From the NCBI GenBank assembly GCA_973895155.1, contig OZ316896.1:7449278-7513277 (forward strand): 64,000 nt of DNA, in the 5' to 3' direction. Of the stretch, positions 1 to 12,235 are shown piece after piece. The notes beneath the pieces were generated by a model. The model did not search any database and had not been told where the DNA came from. It saw nothing but the letters and a program-made list of their open reading frames with translations. The stretch's first letter is position 1. Every line of letters starts with the position of its first letter. A program made the position numbers and the translations under genes. Source of the DNA: Marsupella aquatica (Eukaryota; Plantae; Marchantiophyta).

Positions 1-454
1 ATCTTGTGTATGAGAAACTGTTTGTATGGCAAGTGCATGGTATAACTCAGTCAGAAGGAGTCATTTTGCTATTTGTGTGTTGCATTAACTTGTTTGAAGA
101 TTGCCCACATCAACCAAGAAGGGAGTAAGCAAGGTAGTACGAGTTGGATGTGTCGAGCTGAGAGAGATCTTAGCGGCTTACCCAAGCCAGTTGGGGATCA
201 TTCCGGCGGTGGAATCCAAACATACCTAAAGGGAGACCAGGAGAGGAGGACAATGGAAGGCATAGAAGAGGCCGGCTACACATCTCATGACCCGATGAAG
301 GATCTATCCAGTATATGTGTGTAAAATGTTAGTCAAAGTTAGCAGCGTCCCATGCCGCTAAGCCGCGAAACTGGCCTTGCCAAGAGCAAAACCTGCGGGA
401 ATCGGCTTGTCCAGGGGGGTTTCTTGGGTTCAGGGAGCCATGGGACGCACCACA
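1..454 (+). mobile_element. End of element A, copy 0 (runs off window start)
   Basis: Closely matches the last ~460 bp of copies 1 and 2 and ends in the same terminus GGGACGCACCACA at 454. Confidence 0.9.
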
Positions 455-589
455 CCACCTCTAGAACCATGGGATCCTAAAGATTATGTGAAGGACGTAG
501 AGTATTTCCATGTCACATTTGGTCTTCCAAATGAAGGTGTTAATCCTCATAAGATCAAAGACATTTCCAAGGAGCAATTGGCCGAAGTG

Positions 590-3500
590 TGTGATGCCTA
601 GCCAGGAATCACTGGGCTAGTTTAAGGGGAAAAGGGAAGTGTACCCTAGAAACACCTTAGTATAGTTACATAAATAAGGAAAATATAAACAATTAAGGGT
701 GACTATGGAACCCAAGCCGAGGCCGGAAGTAAGGACGCTAGGGGAGAGAACACGATTAGGGTTAGGGCACGCTAAGTGCCGGCAGCTAGGGGTAACCAAC
801 GGGAGGGAGAACCAGAGGAGGAGAGGGGTAAGGACCGCTCGCGAGGAATAGTGGCTCATTTGCAAGCACAAACTGGGCAGGCAACTACGGGCGGCCAACT
901 ACTATCAACTGCTTAGGCAAGCGCTCAAGGTGGGAATAGATACCGACTATCAACTCGAGAAGGGTATGAGCAACGTCAATCAAGCGGCACATTTTTGGGG
1001 ATGCCTGTTCGAACGGGCAACTAAGTACATTGGGACTTACGAGGATGAAGAATCGGAGAGAGCAACTCGAGGACGGCAGGAGCTCGCCCGATTGTGGGAG
1101 CTGCAGAAAGCTGCCTTCTTAGGAGGAGAACTCATCAAGGCTGAATTCCTGTGGACGCCTACTGGCAACGAGCTAGATGACCTGCTGTTTTGCGAAGATA
1201 GAGTTGTCGGCATCCGCGAAGCAATCAAACGCTGCAACGACATACACTGGGAGTTAAAGGGTAGCACGGAGGGGTGGAAAAAGGCAACCATGCTAGGAGA
1301 GACATCCACGGCAGCCGAGATGAAGAGGAAGGGGAACAACAATGAAGAGGCCACCCTGGCAAAAAGAACGAGGTCGGCGGCACCAAAGAAGCCAGCAGAA
1401 CAGCAGAGCAGGAGGCAGAGAGAAGCCGAGGAGGAGGAGGTCGACCCCATCAACGCCATTCCAACAAGAGATGACACCTGGAAAGGCTGGGCGGCGATTC
1501 TCCCCGAGGAAGTGCAATTATACTTTGCACGGGAGGAGGATGCATGCTTTACGGCTATGCAGACTCGGAAATACCAGGGCTTCATGGCCGGATCCGGCTT
1601 GGAAGCCTTCGTAAGGTTACCGTGGCTGAAGCCGGAGGTGCCGGATTCAGACTTACTAGAATTCGTGGGATCATGGGAGTCCGAGACCAATTCCACAAGG
1701 GTGTATGGGAAGGATTTCTATCTCACTCCCCAGGTGATTGCCAAAGTGTTTGGCTTGCCGAAGGGCAATAAGACCAAGGTAGATACCAGGAAGACTTTGC
1801 CAGACAAGGAGTTCGGGTCGTTTCCCGGGCCTTCAACAAAGAATGGCTTCTTCTGAAACACCTGCACCAACCCGCATATAGGAGAGATGATCGATTTCTT
1901 GCGGGTGACCATGCATTGCAACTGGCCGTGACCAGAGATCGGCAAGGCACAGGTCTATCTGGCAGAGAGGCCAGACCCAAGCCTGGACTACAATGGTTAC
2001 CTCCTCACTCAACTAAAGAAGATCTTGAAGGAGGAACAGCTGGTGATCGGCAAGGGAAGTGTGTCCCGGCTTGGCTATCACGTACCGCTACTATGCCGGT
2101 ATGCCCGAAGTAAGACCTTTGCCCCTGTACTTCCCCTACAAGCAAGGGCACCAGAGGAGGTTCCGGAGCAGAGGCCGGCAACGGAGAAACCCAACCCGCC
2201 CGACAGTCCTACAATCGAGCAGGTGTTTAGGCCAAGGACGGAGGACTTGCCGATGCAGCAACCAGGCATGCAGAATCTGCTGAAATTGCTGGAGAAGGAA
2301 AAGAGAACGGCAACGGCAACGGCACCAATGCAGGACACTGCTCCAGAGGTGGGCCTAAGCCAGCTTACAAGGGAAAACCCCTTTACTGGGGTCAAGGAGA
2401 GAAGGAGGCCGGAACACGAGCCGGGAGTCCGGATGTATGTAGGAGCCTCAAGTCCCGAAGCCGAGGAGAAGCAGGCCGTAGCTCCCGGCCATGACAAGGA
2501 GAACAAGAGATCAACACGGAAGCTGGAGGAGGAACCAAGACCGGTGAGAGGTGAAGCCGTGTTCACGACAAAACCAGGAGAACAGCGGGAGAAGCCGGTA
2601 GTCCAAGCCGAGGAGGAGGCGGTAGAGGACTACAGCAATGATGACTCCGGCTACGGGTTGGATCATCATGTTCCAGGAGTAAGGACCTGTGGCCGGTTCA
2701 TCCCCATGCTCCCAAGAGTAGTTCGAGGAGACCCGAGCCAGCAGAGCAGCCCCGAGTCTCCCCCACCAGATGTCGCTCCCCCGAGCTTTGACGGGATAAA
2801 ACAGACGGCGCAGGAATTTCAGGAACGAATCGGGGAGGAAGAGGAGGCAGCCCTGGCTAGGGAAAAAGATTTACCAGGAGGAGAATGGCCAGAGGACATC
2901 AGGCGGCTTGCAGAAAAACGAAGCATCCCTCTAGCCACAATAGAAGAGATCCGCAAGGCGGCTTGGGAACAAAGGCCGCGGTGGATGATGCCGATGACTT
3001 CTACTTCCTCCACCTATGCTAAGAATAGAGCCATGGAGTATGGGGAAATGTGTGGAGAGCTGGCGCTCAGCATCTTTGGGGAGGAGTTGGAGCAAGGACC
3101 CTTTTTTCAGAGGGAGATGTTGGAGAAGCGCCAATTAGAAGAAGCGGTGGCTTTGGAAGAAGCAAGAAGGACGAGGTCATCCGTCGGCTTAGGGCAAGGG
3201 AAGCCAAAATCAAAGACCTGAGGGCGGCCAAGAAAGCCCAAGATGAGCTGCGGATTAAGCGGCATGAGCTAAATATCATGTAGGGCCAATTGGATACCGC
3301 ACAGTCTGATAATCGGATTATCGAGAATAAACTGACTCGAACCCAAGAAGAGTTGGCCAATGCGATCAAGGAGCGGGAGAAGTGGAAGCGAGAGCTGAGG
3401 GATGCAGAGGAGGCTCACATAATAGCCAACAACCGGGCCATGGCGGAGACCCAGAGAAGGGAAAGGGCATTGAAGGGGGAGCTCGAGGTTATCCGCAGAG

Positions 3501-5322
3501 CCCTTGAGCAGAAGGAGGCCAAGTTAGGGAAATCCTATCAAGGGATTATTGCGCTGCAGCAGGAGCTTGTGTCCCTGACGGCCAGCTTCAAAGCTGACCT
3601 GCGTGAGAAGGACAATATGCTCGATCAGACTTACGCCAAGATGAACCAGATGGAGTCTGTCATCATTGTAGAGCTCGACAAGGAGTTAAGAGCGACCCGG
3701 GAGGAGAGAGCTGCATTTAAAAAGGAATTGGAGGAAGCCCAGAAGGAGCTGGAGGAGGCGTGCAAGGACCTGGACGAAGTGCAGGAAGAGTTGGAGGAAA
3801 GCACGCGGAAGCTAGAGAACTTACAACGACGAGCCGACAACCAAATGGAGCGGCTGAAGAAACATACAAGCCGCAGTATTTAAGTGCTTGGCTTCATCAG
3901 GGCCAACTCAAATTGAGGCTACTAAGTTACCAGGAGTGGTACTAGCCAAAGGACAAGCCGCGCCATTTGCACCAGTGCCGGAAGTAAGTGGGAAGGGGAA
4001 GGGGCCAGCTGCCGAACCAGAAAAGAAGAAAAAGCGGAAACCTTCAGGGTCAGGGAGTAATACGGCTCCATAGGCCGTGGTGACCAAGGAGGTAAACCCA
4101 GCACTGACCTCAGGCAGGGTTACGGCAGAGGATCCAACTACCTTAGAAGAAGGGGGTGACAAAGCCGAGGCCAGGATACTCGGTAATGAAGCCGAGGTAC
4201 CCAATCCGCCACTTGAGTGTGCAGGCTGAGGCCGTAGCCGAGGCTGATGTTGAAGCCAATGCCGATGGCGGGGGTGGACCCAGTCAGGCCGATGGAGAGT
4301 TGACTCAGTCAAGGGCAGGTAATCTGTCAGAGAACGAAACTATGGCAGTGGCTGAGGAGGAAGCGTTGGGGGCGTCCACTGAGGAACAGACACCGCTGCC
4401 ATGACGGTGGTGGAGGGCCGCTCCTTTCAAGGAAGGCAGACGTGGAGGGAGGAGGCGTGAGTGGGCAGGGCGGGCTCAGATCTCTAAGTTTAGGATTAGG
4501 ATCAGGACCAGGAGGCGGCCCTGACACTTAGCTTAGTGGGATTGCGGTTCCATTGGTAAGAGCAACACTTGTACTCCTGCCTCGCTGTACATAGGTAGAT
4601 TTAGTTAGGTAGATTTAGTTAGGTAGATTAAGCTTACGCTGCAAAGAATTAGGCGGATCCCCTACCAGGATAAGTACCTGGGCAGCGGGGAGCTCAGGGC
4701 CTCTTCTTTAGCAAGTTTTTAGTTGCACCAGCCGGGCTGGGATCAAGTAGTAAGAAAAGCTCTCGGTTAGTTATACAGTGACCCTTGTGTATATTCATGT
4801 TTCCTCATGCCTAAGAGCTGAATAGAGTTGGCCTCACGGCTTAGTTCGCAGAGCTTGTGTATGAGATGTACTGTTTGTATGGCAAGTGCATGGTATGACT
4901 CAGTCAGAAGGAGTCATTTTGCTATTTGTGTGTCGCATTAACTTGTGTGAAGAGTGCCCACATCAACTAATAGATGAAGGAAAGTAAGCAAGGGAGTGAG
5001 AGTTGGATGTGTCGAGCTGAGAGAGGTCTTAGCGGCTTAACCAAGCCTATTGGGGATCATTCCGGCGGCGGAATCCAAATATACCTAACAAGAAGGAGGG
5101 GAAGACAAGGGAAGGCCTAGATTAGGCCGGCTACGTATCTCATGACCCGATGAAGGATCTGTCCAGTATATGTGTGTAAAATGTTAATAGTAGTAGTAGA
5201 AGGAGGTTAGCAGCGTCCCATGCCACTAAGCCGCGAAAACGGCCTCGCCAAGCACGAAACCTGCGGGAATCGGCTTGTGAAGGGGGGTTTCTGGGGTTTA
5301 GGGAGCCATGGGACGCACCACA
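590..5322 (+). mobile_element. Element A copy 1: 4.7-kb TG...CA solo-LTR-like element with internal ORF
   Basis: Starts TGTGATGC (590) and ends GCACCACA (5322), an imperfect terminal inverted repeat. Perfect 5-bp TSD AAGTG at 585-589 and 5323-5327. Colinear with 26960-31622. Confidence 0.92.
705..4404 (+). pseudogene. Disrupted copy of the element A ORF (plant-mobile-domain-like region + coiled coil)
   Basis: ORF pieces 930-1856, 2025-3221, 3290-3883, 3888-4073 and 4156-4404 align to the intact 1211-aa ORF at 27075-30710. In-frame stops near 850, 1854, 3281 and 4071; frameshifts near 3157 and 3865. Confidence 0.88.
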
Positions 5323-5962
5323 AAGTGTTTGGAGAGAAAGACAGGAATGGGTATAAGTTGAGTCTCTGTGTGGGCCTCCCAATTGAGGAGGTTTTGCAGC
5401 TATCCCAAGTCGTGGATGGTTATGATGCACCAGTGAATGGATTCTTGTCTTTCACTTTCATCAAAGGGGCATATGCAGAAAGGATCCAAAGGCGAAAGGT
5501 GGACTGGTGTGTGTATGCGTGTCACACGATTGACATGGGTCTTAACACCAAAACCGTCACTATGGGTGCCAAAACCATCTATCAACCTATTCATTAAAAG
5601 TGTATTTTCTTTTGTTCACAAATGAGTCTTGAAATGTACACTTTCATGTCCCCAAATGTACACTTCAAGACACCCAAATGTACACTTTTGTGTCTCTAAA
5701 TGTACACTTTATAGGCCAAATCACATTAATATTATATTAATAAATAATACATATTATATTATTTAATAACTCACATAGAAATGGAGGATAAAAATTTATA
5801 AAGTTATTTCATCCCCATTTAAGGACCAGATATTCTGTGAACAAAATAACATCATTCCAAATAGATTATAAAATATCTTTATACAAGTATCTGCAAATTT
5901 ACATTGAATACGAACATGTTTCTAGTACTATCCAAGTGGCTTAACACAAGTCAATTAAATAT

Positions 5963-7096
5963 CTAAACCAAGTGCTCCCTACAATGTGTATTTGAGCATG
6001 TGCCCCTGTCTCCTTTCCTATCTACCCTATTGTCACGGTTGCAACTCACTTTATTTTCAGGGAGTTGAAATCTGGTGGTGTTGTTCCTAATGGCTATAAT
6101 CTCCCGCAAAAAGTGTCTGGGATTTTCTCTATATGGACCTGAATAGTCCTTTCCTAAAAATGATTTAGCAAGTGAGTTGACAAGTGCATTGTCAAGTTCC
6201 ACCTCAGGACGTAAACTACATATACGGTGCTTTACATTCCAAGGGATCTCATTACTGTTGAGGTCCAACACACTATGTGTAAACTGTGACTTCCAAATTT
6301 TTGCTGCAAATCTCTTGCTAAGTTGATCATAAGTAATCTCATTTTTTGCCTTGTCTCTCTTCATGTGCAAAAGAGACCACTTTGGAGAGTTGAGAAGAAG
6401 ATAGCATCGAATGTCACTTGCATGTGATAGTTTCTCAAGACATGGCCAAAGAATTGCTAGAAGAAAATTATCTCCACGATTGGCATGCGTGTAGGGCACT
6501 GGAAATAATCCGGTCATGTCTGGGTTGGCAAATGCCTTAAGGGGGGAGTCATCCACAAGGAGGGTGTTGGTTTCATCATATAGATTTCCAAATGCATTCC
6601 ATACCACCTGAAAATCCTTCAGTAGCACATTTGCCTTTCCGTTTGTAATGTCACGCCTTTGAATGCCTGTGTCAAAGGCTTCCACCTGTGTGAATACAAA
6701 CTTAAGTTTCAACCGCTCCTCAACAGTGAACATCATGTTCAGCATTTTCACTGTTCGTTCTACCCCAGCACAAGTCCAAATTGCAACGTCAAATCTGTCA
6801 AAAACCAACTTTAGAAACTCATGGAGCCCTGGTCGTTCTGTATACATGCGACTAATACCATTTTTTCTATCCCAATGCACTCCACTTGAGGTGACAATAT
6901 TCCTGGATGTGCCCTTGTTTTGGAATTCAATAGAATCCCAAAGTATTTTATTAAGGTCCAAAATCAGCAACTTCCGCTTGACGGGACCAGGTCTCGATTC
7001 TGCAAGTGCACCAAACACCATTCTCAGAGAAAAGACCAAAAGTGAACTTTGGATTAGGATTGTCTCAGTCCAAAAATACAACACAATGGCTGACAA
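5963..7096 (-). CDS. FCP1/NIF-family (HAD superfamily) phosphatase-like protein
   Basis: Intact 377-codon ORF (probable ATG at 7021) with LLILDLNKILWD, ERPGLHEFL..FDVAIWT, LKDFQVVW and TNTLLVDDSPLKAFANP, the motif series of FCP1-homology domains. Confidence 0.8.
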   Translation of the reverse strand: MSAIVLYFWTETILIQSSLLVFSLRMVFGALAESRPGPVKRKLLILDLNKILWDSIEFQNKGTSRNIVTSSGVHWDRKNGISRMYTERPGLHEFLKLVFDRFDVAIWTCAGVERTVKMLNMMFTVEERLKLKFVFTQVEAFDTGIQRRDITNGKANVLLKDFQVVWNAFGNLYDETNTLLVDDSPLKAFANPDMTGLFPVPYTHANRGDNFLLAILWPCLEKLSHASDIRCYLLLNSPKWSLLHMKRDKAKNEITYDQLSKRFAAKIWKSQFTHSVLDLNSNEIPWNVKHRICSLRPEVELDNALVNSLAKSFLGKDYSGPYRENPRHFLREIIAIRNNTTRFQLPENKVSCNRDNRVDRKGDRGTCSNTHCREHLV

Positions 7097-9680
7097 AAAC
7101 GAAAATTAACCTACATACCGTTTTTAGAAGCCTCACAATGTGTAGACGGATATGGAGACTTTAATTGGTGAGCCCATTCTGTGAGACCGAGAAGTATTTT
7201 AGATTGATATGAATAAATAGAAAGTCAAAGGCTGAATTTCATTCCGAAATAAGAGATCCGTATTCATCAATAATCATGTCAGCACCAAGCTCCTGTTGGA
7301 TTTCAAAATTGACATCTGAAGTACTTTGTTCTACCCAATAAGGAGAAGTCCAAACAGGAGTTATGAACCCCAATTCTCCCCTCTTATACTCCTTATTGAG
7401 AATTGAAGGAGCAGCTTCCAATGATATTTCTTGGCCTCGATTTGGCCCACTTTTCCACACGTAACATCGTGCGTCGCGTTCCAATGACCTCCATCCAGTT
7501 GATCCAACTCTATTCCCTTTCTTTTTTGAGAACGGAAGGACAACAGGACTCCTCGAGTGTGAACGAACGAACACCAATTTGTCATCAGAAGCTGAAAAGA
7601 GTGTGTCAGGACAAGTTGAAGCACCTGCCTGGTTGTCAGCAGCCGTTGATGCATTTCCTCCTGGATTGATGGGAATGTCAGGCAATCCGCCGGCTTCCCC
7701 ACGAGTCAATTCGTTAGTTTCAGCTTCATTTGAATCTCCAAGCCTCGTTGCGCCTTCGTTGATCAGATTGGTTGAAGAAAGATGATCAAACATATCAACC
7801 CTTGCTCCTTCCAGTTGCTCCATCTGTCCTCCCGGCGTTGTTGGATTGGGATCATCCTTGTCCAAGTTATCATCAACTTGAACTTCATGGGGCCCCGGAG
7901 GGATGTCATCTAAACCAGATGAACGGTTTGGTGCAAGTCCAATATCATCATCTACATCGTAAGGCTCACCTTGACCAACACGGTCATCCAAATTTTTGAC
8001 ATATGCCTCGTCTGATGCCTCTACGCCTTTAGCCACTTTGTCAGCAACATCTTCAGACTCAGAACCGTCGGATTCAACAGCGACAGCTACAGCCGCAATA
8101 GTGGTAGCCCATTGTCGAGAATTTTCAGCAAGTGATTCACAATGGGCTTTAAGTGAGGGAACTCTCTCGCAAAGGTAGGAAGCAAAAGCTTCCACAAAAT
8201 GCCTCTCGGACTGAGAGTCACAATAAACAAAGCATTCCCTATCGCAAAAAAATGATGTCTTCATGACTTGGCCACCGGAGAAAAAATCTAGAACCAAATC
8301 TCCCGGTTCTGATAAGGATTCAATAATCCTTCGGATCATCCGCGTGGGTTTGGCATGAGGATTAACCCATCCTCCGCGACTACCAACTGTCTCAAATCGA
8401 GGGGCCATATTCATAATCTTGACGGCCTCTTCCGGGTCCAAAACCACTTTTAGGTCGTCGTTTTGTGTCCCCTCATCTGATTCCTTAGCTTTCCCCTTTC
8501 CCTTGTCGATCTTGCATACTTCATAATCAACATCCTTTGAAGTATACAAGAATTTTGGCTTTGGATAGTTGGGCTTGAAAACTTCATTCCAATTGACGTC
8601 TTCATCTCGAGAAATCCCTGCAAAGATAACTTCTTCAATCCCTCCACCCCAACATGAGTCATGAGGGTGCGGTTGATCATCTCGTGAATAACTCCCATAC
8701 TCAATGTGAATGGTCAAAGCTTTCTCTTGTCCCAATTTACGAAGGGCACCATGGACATTCAGTGCAAGTTGTCCAGGATGAACTGTTATCGTCACCACAA
8801 TCGTGGGATTTTGTGGAAGCTCCACAATGTATTCAAAGAGAACAAGAATCTCTGCTTCAGTCCACTGTTTTTGTGGAAGCCGGCTAAAATCAACAATGGC
8901 AAGAGGGCAGGTCGGAGGAGCTTCTTGCAATGACTCTGGATCAATGGTCTTCATGAGATTGTCGCTAAAAAATGTAACCCATGGTAGGGTCCGAGAACGT
9001 GATCCTCCGCCAAATCTCTGGCAGTATATATCATCTAGGCGGAATACCAATGCCGTCGGCAAGATTGCGCTCTCCCGCGTATGATTTGGCTTTAAAAGGT
9101 TGGCAAGATAGACCTCGCCAGCGGCTCTTCGACACCTGCTGAACTCTGAATCAATTGCTAGCGTAGGAAGAACCTCAACTACTTTCCCCCAATTAGTATT
9201 TGTCGGGAAATTCACCGCATCCTTGGTGCAATTGTAGTCTTCAATAAGGGACTTGAGTTTCCGCACGATCTTCACATCTTTGGCCAACTCCTCTATAGAT
9301 GGCATGTCTGATTTATTAGAGGCATCTTTCTTTAGCAATACCTTTCCTGACTTCACCCGCGTCAGTATTCTTGTGATGTCTCGTTGTGAGATCAACTCAC
9401 CATCAAAACAACGAAACATGGCAACAGTAATTGCTTTTTCAGACTTCTCATTTCCTTCTACACCAGCTCCATCGGGAAGTTTCCCATCCAACCACAATTG
9501 GCATACCAAACTCCATAAATCAAAAAGAGCATTGTCGGCAAACAGTAACCAGTAGACATTACGACAATCTTTCCTTCCCATGGTCATTCTTGCAAGAGCC
9601 AACCAATCCTACAATTGCAAAGGAAAGTCTGTTAGTTCTCCATAACTCAATTGTTTGAAAGCACTCAGGTGCGGACTGAG

Positions 9681-10010
9681 ACCATCCCAGTCCAACACAG
9701 AAGTAGACAGTATCAGTGGAAATATTATATTGAATGTGCATGATTTAGTTTGGACTAGGACCATCCCAATCCAAAACAAAACTAGACGGTATCAGTGGAG
9801 AAATATTCTACTGAATGTGCATGAATCCATTTGGACTGGGACCATCCCAGTCCAACACAAAACTAGACAATATCAGTGGAAATAGTCTATTGAATGTGCA
9901 TGAATCCATTTGGACTGGGACCATCCCAGTCCAACACAAAACTAGACGATATCAGTGGAAATATTCTACTGAATGTGAATGTATCCATTTGGACTCGGAC
10001 CATCTCAATC
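9681..10010. repeat. ~79-bp tandem repeat (about 4 units) inside intron 2 of the ParB-MTase-like gene
   Basis: ACCATCCCAGTCCAACACAAAACTAGAC..TATCAGTGGAAATA recurs at about 9681, 9760, 9841 and 9920. Confidence 0.85.
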
Positions 10011-11939
10011 CAAAGCAAACTTGAAGCTTTGTGGTCAAAGACTACCATCTCAATTGTAATCACACATGGAGAGTCTACGGTATTGTACCAATCAAGCAGT
10101 AACACTTCATACCTGAAATTTTTGATTGTCTTGAGCGTTTGTTTTGTTGTCCCCATGTTTTGGCCGGCTAGGTTTTCCACATTCCACAAATTGCCGCCTA
10201 GCATGAACGACTGTATCTTTGAAGCATGACTGAAACACCATCGTGCTATTGATAGCATTAGATCGCATTGAATGCTCAACTAATATTGATGATGGTGTTC
10301 GATGAGATAATATTCTTGACTTTCGAAATTCCAGCTTTTTTGCCAATGCTGTTAGCTTGGCATCCTTGTTTGCCCATTCTCGAATCCATCTGGCTGCTCT
10401 GGCTGAATGTTGACCGCTAATGGCAAGGAATTGAACCTCCCCCTTTTTCACGGCTGCTACAAAGTCCCTCCTATCTGATTCCGTGTTGTCATATTGCATT
10501 AGGTTTCTATGTTTTGTAGTGTAAGGAATCAAGTCTGCTATGTGTGGTTCATGCCCCGGATTTCTTATCATGGAATTGGCCACCTCCTTTACATGGTCTG
10601 CATTCAACATTCTGTAACAGAGTCTTGCCGACGCAGGGAAAATACTCTCTACGGGAATAGAAAATATCGAATTGATCCCAAACGTATAATATTGCTCCAT
10701 TTGTTGTAGTACCTCATTACCTTCTAAGACCTTCTTCTCCTCAGGAGCGTCCAACTGCTCGTCCATATCTTGTGAATGCACTGTCAGGTTTTCTGTAGTG
10801 TCATCCATGATGACACTGTCAATTTTCTGTTTCTTCTTTTGTCTTGGCCTCTTTTCACTTGCACTTGGCTTCTCAACCGGACGTTTCTTCTCAACTGGCT
10901 TCTCAACTTGGCTTCTCGTACTCGGCTTCTCAACTGGCTTCTAAACTCGGCTTCTCGTACTCGGCTTCTCAACCAGCTTCTCAACTGGAAGTTTCTTTTC
11001 AACCGGAGGTTTCCTTTGGCTTTGTTTTTGTTTTCCCACTGCTCTTTGAGAGGTTGCTGCTGTAGTTCCCGCGGTCTCTGTTGTAGGTTCTGGAGCTTTC
11101 TCTGGCGCCTTCTCGGGCACAGGGTTTGTATTCACCATTGGAAGGTTTCTCGTCTTTGACAAAGATTCTATCCATTGCTTTGCTTTGACTAAATCAAAGT
11201 TGGGATCAAATGCAACATCCTTATCAATTAAAACACCAGGCTCCTCTGACTCCAACGATAACAATCCAACTTTCTCAAGTAAATTGCTTAACGTCCAAGT
11301 AGTTGCAAAAGAGAAATTGCCTTGGTGCTTCATCATGTTGAGTTTCAAATATTGAAACCCATACATAATGTCGACTGGAAGCATACCAGTTACCCCGATG
11401 ACCAACTTCTTTGTGTCATATGTCTTTGGAAAAAATCCCATTGACAAAACGCTCAATTCACCACTTGCGTGCCATTCGACATTGAATTTTGAGGAGTATG
11501 CCTTTGACATAAGGTTAACTTTAACCCAGCATGACCTATCGTGCATCTCCAGAATGACCGAATTCATCCCTCTCCCTCCAATGCCAACAGAGACCACAGG
11601 TCCGCAAACCAAAGTCAGGCTATCATTTGCTCTGCACTTTAAGGTCAAAATAGGTTCAATCGTGCTTGATGGCACTTCATTATTAAGCGGGGTTCTTGAG
11701 AACTCAAGCCCCCATCGGAAGCCTGGGGATCTCTCATCTAGTAAGAATCCGTCACGGCAGTCGGTCGGTGCAATCGCGGGTTTGAAACCAACAAGATCGC
11801 TCCCTGCATCATAAAAACATCATCCATGTTAGACTTATTAAGTTTAAAACATTTGAATAACTCTTGTTGGATTAGGATGGTCCTAGTCCAACTTGAGATG
11901 GTTTTAGTCTTGCTCCTACAATCGAGATTCAATCTCCTG

Positions 11940-12235
11940 GATGGATTAGGATCATCCGAGTCCAAGTTTGGATTGGGATCATCCGAGTCCACGTTTGAAT
12001 TAGGATCATCTGAGTCCAAGTTCGGATTGGGATGGTCCGAGTCCAACTTTGGATTGGGATCATCCGAGTCCAACTTTGGACTGGGATCATCCGAGTCCAA
12101 CTTTGGATTGGGATCATCCGAGTCCATGTTTGGATTAGGATCATCTGAGTCCAAGTTCGGATTGGGATGGTCCGAGTCCAAGTTTGGATTGGGATCATCC
12201 GAGTCCAACTTTGGACTCGGATGGTCCCAGTCCTC
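11940..12235. repeat. 27-bp quasi-palindromic minisatellite inside intron 1
   Basis: TTGGATTGGGATCATCCGAGTCCAA(C/G)T repeated about 11 times. Confidence 0.9.

Noticed and set aside
585-589. Target-site preference A-x-GTG for element A
   Set aside because: The flanks of copy 0 (CCACC) and copy 3 (AGTTA in element orientation) do not fit.
1037-2566. Long antisense ORFs over element A
   Set aside because: Serine/leucine-rich shadows of the purine-rich coding strand, with no motifs and variable limits among copies.
8270-8900. Calling the MTase-like domain an active 4mC/6mA methylase
   Set aside because: No DPPY/SPPY/NPPY catalytic motif is visible, and this copy has an upstream stop.
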